From: a virus
Lineage: Duplodnaviria > Caudoviricetes
Direction: 5' to 3' (one strand)
DNA: 64,000 nt
Virus record (IMG/VR): IMGVR_UViG_3300020045_002401
Location: 1 to 64,000 of that record
The translations under genes were made by a program, and so were the position numbers. The notes beneath the pieces are model-generated. The model made no database searches, was not told the origin of the DNA, and saw nothing but the letters and a program-made list of their open reading frames with translations. Positions 10,409 through 18,867 of this stretch are shown piece after piece. Positions within the stretch are counted from its first letter, which is position 1. Each line of letters begins with the position of its first letter.

Positions 10409-10643
10409 AAATTCTATTTGTTATTAAGTTAATCTCGTCTAAAGGGAAACAAGTAAATCGAAGTCTTTGCCTACGTATAACTTCAGCTTTAAGACTTTCT
10501 CTTATATCCTTTCTACGTCTTTGTACTTGAAAATGTATTCTTTTATCTCTACATAAAGCTTCATAATATATAATAGCATTATTAAGATAAGCATTGGTCA
10601 TTGTTGTAACATCAAGTTCTTGACCTTCTAAATTTATATACAT
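10395..10643 (-). CDS. Small hypothetical protein
   Basis: 82 aa; overlaps the helicase start in coupled fashion. Confidence 0.6.
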   Translation of the reverse strand: MYINLEGQELDVTTMTNAYLNNAIIYYEALCRDKRIHFQVQRRRKDIRESLKAEVIRRQRLRFTCFPLDEINLITNRIYDSH

Positions 10644-10648
10644 AGTAA

Positions 10649-10996
10649 TTAATTTAAGGATATAGTTGTAGATAGTAAATTTAGATTATGAAAATAAGTT
10701 AAAAGTAACTCTGTATCTACTTTATTAAAATCTTTATCTATTCCTTCTCTATATCTAGGATTAACGAGATTTCTAGCTATCATAGTATATTCAATCGGGT
10801 TTATAGAAGATATATATAAATGATTTACAGTTGCTAACATATTATATAAATATACTAACCTATCTGCATCAGGGTGTAGTTTTAGGTTAGTATATGTATT
10901 TTGCATATCCCATTTAATTACTAATATAAATAAAGCTTTAATTATCAAATCTTGTGGATTAGGTAATTGCTCTTGTGTAAAAGTTGTTAAATTCAT
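10649..10996 (-). CDS. Hypothetical protein
   Basis: 115 aa ORF in operon spacing. Confidence 0.6.
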   Translation of the reverse strand: MNLTTFTQEQLPNPQDLIIKALFILVIKWDMQNTYTNLKLHPDADRLVYLYNMLATVNHLYISSINPIEYTMIARNLVNPRYREGIDKDFNKVDTELLLTYFHNLNLLSTTISLN

Positions 10997-11023
10997 ACTA
11001 ATAATATTAGGAATTAATAGGTA

Positions 11024-11380
11024 TTACAGTTTCTCTTCTTCTATTTTAGCAAAAATAGTAGCTATATATATAGTAGCACATTTAGGGGCATCATATCCTT
11101 CAATAGGAAATGTGATAGGATTCATAGCAGAACGAGGAATCATAATAGTATCATTTACATTATATTCTACTATAATATCTTCATTTTTCTGATTTTTAGT
11201 CCAATATTGTCCTATACTTTTTACTACTTTAGCAAGTAAATAAGGGGCTCTATCTTTTTCTCTACTAACAATATCATCAGTTTTTATAACTGTACCTACC
11301 TGAGTATAAACTATAGGTTCTAAGATTTCAGCAATAAGTACATTTGGTTCTGTAATATTAATTTGTTCTAATTTAAGCAT
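11024..11380 (-). CDS. groES: Co-chaperonin GroES/Cpn10-like protein
   Basis: Pattern VLIAEI...VGTVIKTD...REK..P..AKVVKSIG...YNVNDTIM...IFAKIEE parallels GroES (mobile loop, GxVVAVG, VKVGDxV, ILAKI); 118 aa. Confidence 0.65.
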   Translation of the reverse strand: MLKLEQINITEPNVLIAEILEPIVYTQVGTVIKTDDIVSREKDRAPYLLAKVVKSIGQYWTKNQKNEDIIVEYNVNDTIMIPRSAMNPITFPIEGYDAPKCATIYIATIFAKIEEEKL

Positions 11381-11419
11381 AATATTTAAGTATTTATTTG
11401 TGTTATTAATTAAGGTTAT

Positions 11420-12139
11420 TTATAAATTATTTTTAATCCAATTATTTCCCCATTCATTTACTTCTTTCATTTCTTTAGGAGTAGGAGTTAAATTTCGTTC
11501 TGCAGCAAAAGATGATAAACCATACATAAAATTAAGTCTAATTTCTTCTCTATTCCAACTATCTTTTACTTTCTTAATAGTAATAGTATTGTCTTTAAGA
11601 TTTACTTTTAATCTTGTTCTCCAAGTACTAGAAGCATTTTTTATACTTCTACCATCAGTATTGTAATTAATATGGTGATGATTATATTCTTCATATTCAA
11701 CTAATACATCAGTAATAACTTCACCTTTATTATAAGATTCAATATATTTCTCAATGAATTGTTGTGATGGTTGAGGCAAGTTTTCTTCATAATAAGGACT
11801 ACCTGGTTCATTATTATTAATGTGTTTAATAGTTAATGAACTATCTGTTGTAACTATGATTTTATTACATAAGGTATTATTTATTTCGTGTCCTTTTGTA
11901 GTTACTATTCTCCATCCATTTTTAATACTTTTACATTGATATACAATGTTATTATATATAAACCAATCATCTCCTTTTATTTTATCATCTAAAATAATAT
12001 ATAAATGTTGAGGATGTTTATGAACATATCGTTTAGATTCTAAAGATAATATGTTAATGGATAAATCATCTATCTCTAAAGTAGAATCTTCGTCTTGTGT
12101 TGGTAATATTACCACTTGTGCTCTTTTAAACTGATTCAT
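11420..12139 (-). CDS. Hypothetical protein resembling a family common in flavobacterial phages
   Basis: PQHLYI..D..IK..DW, CNKII.TTD.SL, LPQPSQQFIEKY.E.YNKG, DNTITI.....W.REE; resemblance from recollection. Confidence 0.65.
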   Translation of the reverse strand: MNQFKRAQVVILPTQDEDSTLEIDDLSINILSLESKRYVHKHPQHLYIILDDKIKGDDWFIYNNIVYQCKSIKNGWRIVTTKGHEINNTLCNKIIVTTDSSLTIKHINNNEPGSPYYEENLPQPSQQFIEKYIESYNKGEVITDVLVEYEEYNHHHINYNTDGRSIKNASSTWRTRLKVNLKDNTITIKKVKDSWNREEIRLNFMYGLSSFAAERNLTPTPKEMKEVNEWGNNWIKNNL

Positions 12140-12167
12140 ATCATTTGTTTTTAAGATTATTAAGTTG

Positions 12168-12398
12168 TTAGTTATTGTATTGTTCTGCTTCTTCTATAGT
12201 ATTAGGTAAAACGCCATTTTTATATGTACCTATCCTAGTAAATAAGTAATTAGTATTTTCTATACTTTTAGTTATAGCATCTTCTTTGAAAAAATCATAA
12301 ACTTCTTCTTTTGTTAAGTCTTTTTCAATAATAGCATCAACAATAGTACTCCAAATAGAATACTTATCATCCTTCTGTTTTATTAATATACGTGCCAT
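12168..12398 (-). CDS. Small hypothetical protein
   Basis: 76 aa ORF preceded by an AT-rich leader. Confidence 0.6.
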   Translation of the reverse strand: MARILIKQKDDKYSIWSTIVDAIIEKDLTKEEVYDFFKEDAITKSIENTNYLFTRIGTYKNGVLPNTIEEAEQYNN

Positions 12399-12611
12399 AA
12401 TGTTATTTATTTAATTATTATTATTATTATACAAATTAGTTCCCCTATTGGGTCTGTAGATACTTGGTTATTTTCGAAAGAGATAAACATAAATGGTTAT
12501 CATAATTGCTATCTATAAGGACTATGGTGACACCTTTAATTTATATAATAAGATAATAGGGTTGTGAACTATATACCACACTTAGCGAATTACTACTGTA
12601 ATAAGACTCTA

Positions 12612-12932
12612 TTATTCTATATCTACAAAACCTTTAGGAAAGTAATGTAAATCTTCTTCTTTAAATTCTTTGTGGTAATCAGTAAAGAACTTATCACCAA
12701 AATATTCAAAAGCTTTCTTTCTTCCTTCTTGTGCATCTTTTACTTTATATCTAGCAATAGTATCACAATCTAATGTTTTACCGTTAACTCTATGAGTATG
12801 TTTTTGTCCAAATGTAACGTAATGATTTACAAGTTGTATTTCTTCCTTAGGTTTACATTTATCACATAATCCATCATTATTTTGAAATTCTTCTGTAGTA
12901 ATAGGTTTACCACAATGTTCACAATGTGCCAT
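12612..12932 (-). CDS. Small protein with N-terminal CxxC...CxxC zinc-ribbon motif
   Basis: CEHC-(14 aa)-CDKC at the N-terminus. Confidence 0.65.
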   Translation of the reverse strand: MAHCEHCGKPITTEEFQNNDGLCDKCKPKEEIQLVNHYVTFGQKHTHRVNGKTLDCDTIARYKVKDAQEGRKKAFEYFGDKFFTDYHKEFKEEDLHYFPKGFVDIE

Positions 12933-12959
12933 AATATTATATTTATTGTTGTTGTTGTA

Positions 12960-13450
12960 TTAGCACCCTCTTTCTTATAACTTTCCAAGCTTCACAGGCT
13001 TACTTGTTGTTGCTTCATAGGCTAAACAAGTTTATAAGAGTAGGGTCACATAGTTAATAGGTCAATTGTCTTGTTCCGTAACTTTTCATTAACTACTTGC
13101 CGAGAACTCATTTGTGTAGGTATAACATAATATACTATCATCTTTATACAACTCTCTAACTGTATCTACACATCTAGGATTACTCCATACTATAAGATTC
13201 TTCGTAGCTCTTATATTCATATCGCACGCAGGGTATTATATATCCTGTCAATTCAGGATTAGTATCTTTATGTAATAACATCCAGTAAATCTATACTGTT
13301 ACATTTCTTATTACATCAGGTATTCAATGTTTAACCTGTTTAAGTCCGACTATACGGTTTAAATTCTATATCAATTTCATACAGAATTTAAGTCTTGAGT
13401 TGCACTACTATAATCCTTACTTCAGTTTTATCTATCGTTCAGGGTTATAA
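12960..13450. ncRNA. Candidate structured non-coding RNA (unclassified)
   Basis: About 500 nt without a >=60 aa ORF; at least five local stems and one long-range 8-bp pairing seen by eye (see findings). Confidence 0.4.
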
Positions 13451-13454
13451 TATA

Positions 13455-13631
13455 TTAAATTATATCTAAATTGTGTCTAGCAGGTTTATATCTACCTATA
13501 AATTTTAATTCTCTATGAATAGGTTCACCTGTAGGGCTACCGTTACGATTTAATTGATAAGCTAATCTTCCTTTAGTAAGTTTAGTAGATTTTTCTAATG
13601 AAAGAACTTGTGTTGCTTTATTTCTAGCCAT
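13455..13631 (-). CDS. Small basic protein (58 aa), not in ORF track
   Basis: Hand translation MARNKATQVLSLEKSTKLTKGRLAYQLNRNGSPTGEPIHRELKFIGRYKPARHNLDII; starts 11 nt after the upstream stop. Confidence 0.6.
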   Translation of the reverse strand: MARNKATQVLSLEKSTKLTKGRLAYQLNRNGSPTGEPIHRELKFIGRYKPARHNLDII

Positions 13632-13642
13632 AATTCTAATTG

Positions 13643-13978
13643 TTAAGTTAATTGTTCTATAAATTGTTCTAAGTATTCTATTCTTTTATTCTCTAAATCT
13701 GAATGTATACGTATAGAGCCTAAAATATTTAATACTTCTTTTGTTAATTCAGGAAAAGCAATAGGTGTTTCTTTCCAATCCCAATCTTCTCCATTAGGAG
13801 CATTATCTAAATAATTATTTAACTCCCATAATAATATAGGAAATAATAAACATAATCCATAATGTTTACCTACTAAATCTTTAGTATACTTTACAGATTC
13901 TAAAGCTTTAATATAGACTTCTAATCGTATATCTTTAGGTACTTCTTGTTTTAGATTTAATATATGTTTGTTTATCAT
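13643..13978 (-). CDS. Hypothetical protein
   Basis: 111 aa ORF in operon spacing. Confidence 0.65.
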   Translation of the reverse strand: MINKHILNLKQEVPKDIRLEVYIKALESVKYTKDLVGKHYGLCLLFPILLWELNNYLDNAPNGEDWDWKETPIAFPELTKEVLNILGSIRIHSDLENKRIEYLEQFIEQLT

Positions 13979-13980
13979 AA

Positions 13981-14307
13981 CTATATCTTTCTTACCATTC
14001 TACTTGCAGTTCTAAAGAAGGCTTTATGTAATTGAATAACAATATCTTGTCTATAAGCTATAAGAGTAGCTTCACCAGGAACAATTCTATCTGTTATATT
14101 AATTTCTACTACAGTACCTACTATATCTTTTAATCTATTAGAACTACCTGTTAATTCGGGGTATGCACATATTATTATACATTCTTCTAATTGTGGGTCA
14201 TATATACCGTTTTCTTTTACTGTTAAAGAAGAACCGTCTATTACTCGTACTCTATCTCCAACTTCTAATTGTTGATGATATTCTTTTATTTCTAATGATT
14301 TTTTCAT
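13981..14307 (-). CDS. Hypothetical protein (possible KOW/SH3-like fold)
   Basis: LEVGDRVRVIDG...GTVVEI pattern. Confidence 0.6.
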   Translation of the reverse strand: MKKSLEIKEYHQQLEVGDRVRVIDGSSLTVKENGIYDPQLEECIIICAYPELTGSSNRLKDIVGTVVEINITDRIVPGEATLIAYRQDIVIQLHKAFFRTASRMVRKI

Positions 14308-14364
14308 ATTATTTAGTGTTTATTGTGTTATTATGTTATTGAGATTTTGACTACATTACTATTG

Positions 14365-14577
14365 TTACTTGGTATCTTTGTAATTAAGTGTACTAGTAAG
14401 TTTTGTTGTCAATATTTTAGTAAACCAATCATCAAAGTTACCATAATCAATTTTAGTTTCCTTAATTATATCATTATAACATAATTCATAACCAGCTTCA
14501 AAAGCTGATGCTAACACAGCTATAAATTCTTCTTTAGTTAATTCTGTTTTATTAATAGTAGGATTTGTTTTAGCCAT
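14365..14577 (-). CDS. Small hypothetical protein
   Basis: 70 aa ORF. Confidence 0.55.
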   Translation of the reverse strand: MAKTNPTINKTELTKEEFIAVLASAFEAGYELCYNDIIKETKIDYGNFDDWFTKILTTKLTSTLNYKDTK

Positions 14578-14638
14578 AATATTAGTATTAGGTTAATTAA
14601 TATATTTAAGAATATGTCGGACGATATTAGTAGAACTT

Positions 14639-14692
14639 GCCCATAGAGATAGATTAATTCGACTTTACTCGTTATACTTCTCTACTATGGGC
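14639..14692. promoter_or_regulatory. Intergenic dyad of the CG-N14-TAYGGGC motif
   Basis: GCCCATA-N14-CG-N8-CG-N14-TATGGGC, symmetric spacing. Confidence 0.7.
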
Positions 14693-14719
14693 AGTCTACC
14701 GTTCAACTACACAACAATC

Positions 14720-14965
14720 TTATTCTACAGCTTTTAATATATTATTAAACTCTTGTAGATTACTTATTCTACCATTAAATTTAATATTGGTAGTATCACT
14801 ATTTGCTATTCTAACTGAATGAGGTCTTTTAGTATGATTAGTAATAATCCAACTTACAACCATTAATGTTGTTACATTATAAGCTGATACAGCTTCTTCT
14901 TCTTTTCTATCTAAGACTTTAAAGCCTTTATCTTTTAAATATTGTATTACTACTTTATAGTTCAT
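14720..14965 (-). CDS. Small hypothetical protein
   Basis: 81 aa ORF. Confidence 0.6.
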   Translation of the reverse strand: MNYKVVIQYLKDKGFKVLDRKEEEAVSAYNVTTLMVVSWIITNHTKRPHSVRIANSDTTNIKFNGRISNLQEFNNILKAVE

Positions 14966-15330
14966 AATAGTTAGTTATTAGGTTAATTTTATTTAGCACC
15001 ATTATTACTTTAGTCACTCCTACTTAAAAGGTAGACACTTATATAATCTAATGGTCTAGCTGGTAACTCCTGCTATAATCATTAAGACATAATATATAAT
15101 AGGAACAATGTCAAGGAAGTCCGTATTAATATTTATCTTTAAGTTCACTCTCAAATACCATTTCAAGTGTTATAGCCCATCCCTTATGTATTCGGGTATG
15201 GTTTATTCTGTATAATTACTGCTCACATAGTAATCTTATACGAGGACATAGGTTTATCCTTTATTTAAGTATTGACGGTAATATTAGTAAATGGGAATAA
15301 ACTAATATAAGGTAATACTCTTTATTGTTA

Positions 15331-15453
15331 TTATATTAAAAGCATTAAAAGCTTTTCTACTGATACTGATAAGGCTAATATCATAACTGTTGTACTACCT
15401 AGTAGTACTATTGTATATAAACTATATACAACCGTTTGTTTAATTGTTTTCAT
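15331..15453 (-). CDS. Small hydrophobic membrane peptide (40 aa), not in ORF track
   Basis: Hand translation MKTIKQTVVYSLYTIVLLGSTTVMILALSVSVEKLLMLLI; starts 12 nt after the upstream stop. Confidence 0.5.
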   Translation of the reverse strand: MKTIKQTVVYSLYTIVLLGSTTVMILALSVSVEKLLMLLI

Positions 15454-15465
15454 AGTAGGTTAGTA

Positions 15466-15654
15466 TTAAAGGTTAACAAATCTATGTCCTATTGTATTAT
15501 AATTAATAGGATTAAAATACTTAACAATTTGAATATTCATACTGTTAAGAAGGTTAAGGGTTTTACGTGTTTTAACACTTGTAGAAGTAACTATTGTGCC
15601 TTTAGCAATTCTAGGTCTTCTTTGTTTTGTTGTTGTATTTGTAGTTGTGCTCAT
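15466..15654 (-). CDS. Small basic protein
   Basis: 62 aa, Thr/Arg/Lys-rich N-terminus. Confidence 0.55.
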   Translation of the reverse strand: MSTTTNTTTKQRRPRIAKGTIVTSTSVKTRKTLNLLNSMNIQIVKYFNPINYNTIGHRFVNL

Positions 15655-15688
15655 AATATTAATTAGGCGTTAAAATGTGTTTATATAT

Positions 15689-16045
15689 TTAAACACAAAA
15701 GTTAAGATTGATTTTATTTCTATTTTTTAATTCAATATAAAGATACTTGGTAGAATATATATGGATAATATTATTAATAGCATCTAAAGCCTGTTTTGCT
15801 CTAAGTTTAGCATATTCTGTATTCTTATCTTTATATGTATTATAAATACTAGTAAATAAATTATATGATTTATACTTTTTATTATCTGTTAAGTATAATT
15901 TAATTAGGTCGTGCGATACTTCTATTAAAGTATCTGAACTGTCAGTATTATGTACAATTGAAGAATTATCTTTATGTTCAATGATATAATCATTTCTTTT
16001 AAGTATATGTTCAATAGTAGAAAGGGAAACTTTAAAATAGTCCAT
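15689..16045 (-). CDS. Hypothetical protein
   Basis: 118 aa ORF. Confidence 0.6.
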   Translation of the reverse strand: MDYFKVSLSTIEHILKRNDYIIEHKDNSSIVHNTDSSDTLIEVSHDLIKLYLTDNKKYKSYNLFTSIYNTYKDKNTEYAKLRAKQALDAINNIIHIYSTKYLYIELKNRNKINLNFCV

Positions 16046-16074
16046 ACTTAGTAGGTGTTAAATTTAAAGTAGAA

Positions 16075-16212
16075 TTATACCCAATGAGTCTTCTTGTATT
16101 CTTTATCACGTACATTAATTTGTTCAATAGGACAAGATGGATTAGAAGGTTTAGACTTAGGGTATAATTTATACTTTAATTGGGTTAGTAATTGAAATAT
16201 GTTATTGAACAT
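16075..16212 (-). CDS. Small hypothetical protein (45 aa), not in ORF track
   Basis: Hand translation MFNNIFQLLTQLKYKLYPKSKPSNPSCPIEQINVRDKEYKKTHWV; start overlaps the upstream stop. Confidence 0.45.
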   Translation of the reverse strand: MFNNIFQLLTQLKYKLYPKSKPSNPSCPIEQINVRDKEYKKTHWV

Positions 16213-16531
16213 ATTCACTTTCTTTTTCTAGTTGAGGTTCATACATAGCTAATAGATTAACAGTAGTATGAAAATTAATCTCTTCTTGAAGTACACTAAC
16301 ATACTCTTCCATAGTATTAATATCAGCAGGGTGACCATAAGATAATTTATCTCTCATTTCTTCCTTGATTTCTCTAATATTAGCTGTACCTAATAATTTA
16401 GCTAATCTTTGTATTACTGATAAGGGTACAATAGCAGCTTGACTTGTTGACTGTGGTGTAAAGTCTAATACTTCTTTACCATTTACTTGTACAATTGGTA
16501 CTTGTACATTTGTTTTTGCTTCTGTTTTCAT
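16202..16531 (-). CDS. Hypothetical protein (109 aa; start reassigned to MKTEAK)
   Basis: The longer track ORF (to 16744) overlaps the 84-aa gene; ATG at 16531 lies 7 nt after that gene's stop. Confidence 0.6.
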   Translation of the reverse strand: MKTEAKTNVQVPIVQVNGKEVLDFTPQSTSQAAIVPLSVIQRLAKLLGTANIREIKEEMRDKLSYGHPADINTMEEYVSVLQEEINFHTTVNLLAMYEPQLEKESEYVQ

Positions 16532-16538
16532 TGTGTAA

Positions 16539-16793
16539 TTATTTAATGTTATCTTTAATATCTTTAATGGTATAAATACCTTGATGACTATTATCCATTG
16601 GTATAACTTGTGTATCATCAGGTAATAAATGAGCAAGAGGATTAATAAATCTAATACCATTATTTCTAAAAGCAATAGGTATAATAATCTCATCTGTATT
16701 GTCTGGATTGGTTTCTGCATCACTAGAGTATTGCATATGTGCATTATCTTCTATTAAGACTTTAGGTATTGATATTCCAAATGTTGTTGACAT
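16539..16793 (-). CDS. Small hypothetical protein
   Basis: 84 aa ORF. Confidence 0.55.
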   Translation of the reverse strand: MSTTFGISIPKVLIEDNAHMQYSSDAETNPDNTDEIIIPIAFRNNGIRFINPLAHLLPDDTQVIPMDNSHQGIYTIKDIKDNIK

Positions 16794-16820
16794 AATGTGT
16801 GTAATTAGATTAATATTAAG

Positions 16821-17081
16821 TTATGTAGAGATATGTTTTAATTCTAATAATTCTGCTATTTTTTGTATAGCTTCTTTAAATGTATAATTAATACTACTTA
16901 ATAAACTATTATAATCTGTACCTATAGCTATTACTTTTACATTGTTAGATAATACTTTTACAAATATTGATTTATCTTCATTTGTTATTATATCTAAATA
17001 AGCAATATCATTACTTTGTAAATTAATAATAGATTCAGGAGCACAAGAGGCTGTAAGCCATTCTTTAGTAAAAGGGTTCAT
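16821..17081 (-). CDS. Small hypothetical protein
   Basis: 86 aa; first ORF downstream of the promoter at about 17154-17184. Confidence 0.6.
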   Translation of the reverse strand: MNPFTKEWLTASCAPESIINLQSNDIAYLDIITNEDKSIFVKVLSNNVKVIAIGTDYNSLLSSINYTFKEAIQKIAELLELKHIST

Positions 17082-17153
17082 AGTATATATATTATGATTA
17101 GTAATAAGATATGTAGTTTTAACTTAATATTACTACTATATCGGATGGAGGTG

Positions 17154-17184
17154 CAAAGGTAGGGTTTTGTTTGAGAATGTTAAA
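17154..17184 (-). promoter_or_regulatory. Bacteroidota-type sigma70 promoter
   Basis: Minus strand TTTA-19 nt-TACCTTTG(CA); -7 box is a perfect TAnnTTTG, -33 box has one mismatch. Confidence 0.65.
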
Positions 17185-17321
17185 GGAAATGGTGTTAAAG
17201 GTTGAAAAATAGGCTGATGGTGGCACAATAATTTCATAAATGAATTGGTAGTAGGCTGAAAGTGATGTGATTGGAAATAGACTTAAATGAGGTAATATTG
17301 TACCTATATATATAGGTATAG

Positions 17322-17390
17322 TTAATTCTTTTCGGTAGCAATTATTAAAACTACTAACATTAAAAGTATAAAGGCTATAAATGAGTTCAT
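17322..17390 (-). CDS. Possible 22-aa single-TM peptide
   Basis: Hand translation MNSFIAFILLMLVVLIIATEKN, immediately followed by a perfect 18-bp palindrome (17301-17318). Confidence 0.35.
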   Translation of the reverse strand: MNSFIAFILLMLVVLIIATEKN

Positions 17391-17449
17391 TAGCTGTAAA
17401 TTTAGAGGTTATTGATTGCTATATGTAATAAGAATAGATTGTAATTGAT

Positions 17450-17790
17450 TGATAATGAAGGGTAAAATTGAGATTAGAGAGATAGTTAAAAGAATATGTG
17501 GGGATAACTTTGATTGAAAGGTGTTAATAAGATGATTATGTGATAGTTGAAGGAAGGAAATTGAAATAGTAAAGGGAGGTAGATAGAGAAGGGAAGGAAT
17601 AAGGGAATTAATGAAGGAATTGAAAAGTAGGTATAAGAGGTGAAATTAGAGGTGTATGAGTATAGGAGGATATAAGGTTATGTTCTCCTGTAGCTGTATA
17701 GCTGTGACTCAATCCTCTTCAATCTACAATTATTACCTTCAAATTCCTTATCACAACCTTCTATTTTACCTTTCATCTACCTTTATTTAA
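17450..17790. repeat. Strand-skewed low-complexity tracts (G/A-rich then C/T-rich), loosely inverted
   Basis: 17450-17680 is nearly C-free and 17700-17790 nearly G-free on the + strand; shared words AGGTAGAT, AAGGAATT, TGTGATA in inverted orientation. Confidence 0.55.
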
Positions 17791-18130
17791 TAATAAACTC
17801 TCACAAGGTTGCACCTTGACAGACTACTCTTAGAATCTAGGTAGTATAAATACCACGTGACACTTTAAGTTATCCCTATAACACCAGCAATTGGATAAGA
17901 GTTCTTATATTATTAATAACAGTCAAGAGTACTAGTAAATCAACCTTAAAAAACTAATACTCTATCTGACTATTACCCTACCTTACCAAGACATCAAATC
18001 TTAGGTAGTTATCATTATTACCAAACCTCTTTTAATCCAGTAATAATAATATCTTTATCTTTTACCCTATTCCTATTAGCTCTTTTAGCATCTATACAGT
18101 TTCATAACTAATAGGAAGGGCAAAGAGTAA

Positions 18131-18709
18131 CTATTCTCCGGGAATAGTGTTATTTTTAGGTTCAAACTCTATTGATTTATAACCAGCTTGTGAGATATTT
18201 GGATATTCTTTAACCCTCTTTAGAGCCTCTTCAAGAGTTGTTCTTTCTAGTTTCTTATTATAAGCTTTTACTATATCATTTGTAGCATTAAGACTTTGAG
18301 TATAAGCATTATCTTTAACTCTACCTTTATTAGTAAATAAAAAGTTATTAACATAGTCTTCTTTTTCCTCAATAATGTTAGTCTTACTAATACGTGTAAT
18401 TAATTGTTCATACTTCTCTTGTTCAATATGTCTAAGAAGTTGATTATTTCTACGTACACGGCACCATTGTTTATAGTATTTACTAGCAAGAGCGAAACAA
18501 GCTATACTATTAAGTATAGAAAGAAAGGAAATAGCTAATAAAACTATGGTTTGAATAAAGAAGGTAAGACCAAAGTTATAGACTTCTGTAGTATCAACTG
18601 GTTGGAAGTCTATGGTTATGTAGTTGTAAGATGTGACAGTAAATTTAAGTAGTAATACTGTGATGAATAGAGAGAATATCCCTAGTATTATGTATTTAAT
18701 TGTTTTCAT
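18131..18709 (-). CDS. Membrane protein (two N-terminal TM helices)
   Basis: Two hydrophobic segments at about residues 5-25 and 48-75, then a soluble basic domain. Confidence 0.7.
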   Translation of the reverse strand: MKTIKYIILGIFSLFITVLLLKFTVTSYNYITIDFQPVDTTEVYNFGLTFFIQTIVLLAISFLSILNSIACFALASKYYKQWCRVRRNNQLLRHIEQEKYEQLITRISKTNIIEEKEDYVNNFLFTNKGRVKDNAYTQSLNATNDIVKAYNKKLERTTLEEALKRVKEYPNISQAGYKSIEFEPKNNTIPGE

Positions 18710-18776
18710 TTGTATATGTATTTGTAATAGTTGATTGTAATGTGAATTTAATGTGTAATCTGAGTTTAATTAGAGG

Positions 18777-18845
18777 TAAAAAATAGTTCCCGTATGCTAC
18801 CACGAGAGTACCCATTACGGGCACCTCACGATAGCAGGGAACTAT
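18777..18845 (-). terminator. Long GC-rich hairpin with T tail (terminator-like)
   Basis: ATAGTTCCC...GGGAACTAT (18783-18845) closes TGCTA/TAGCA and CCC/GGG inner stems; TTTTT follows on the minus strand; 22 nt after the stop at 18868. Confidence 0.75.
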
Positions 18846-18867
18846 AAGCTATTCCTATAAGCAGGAA

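Noticed and set aside
13340-13420. Group I intron-like S element (minus-strand GTATAGTCGGAC) with a possible GACT/GATTA partner
   Set aside because: No room for a P3 strand, no convincing G-binding bulge, no P/Q elements and no interrupted gene on either side; kept only as part of the unclassified ncRNA candidate
16532-16744. N-terminal extension of the 180-aa track ORF 16202..16744
   Set aside because: Overlaps the 84-aa gene in another frame and reads as Leu/Ile-rich shadow sequence; ATG at 16531 fits operon spacing better
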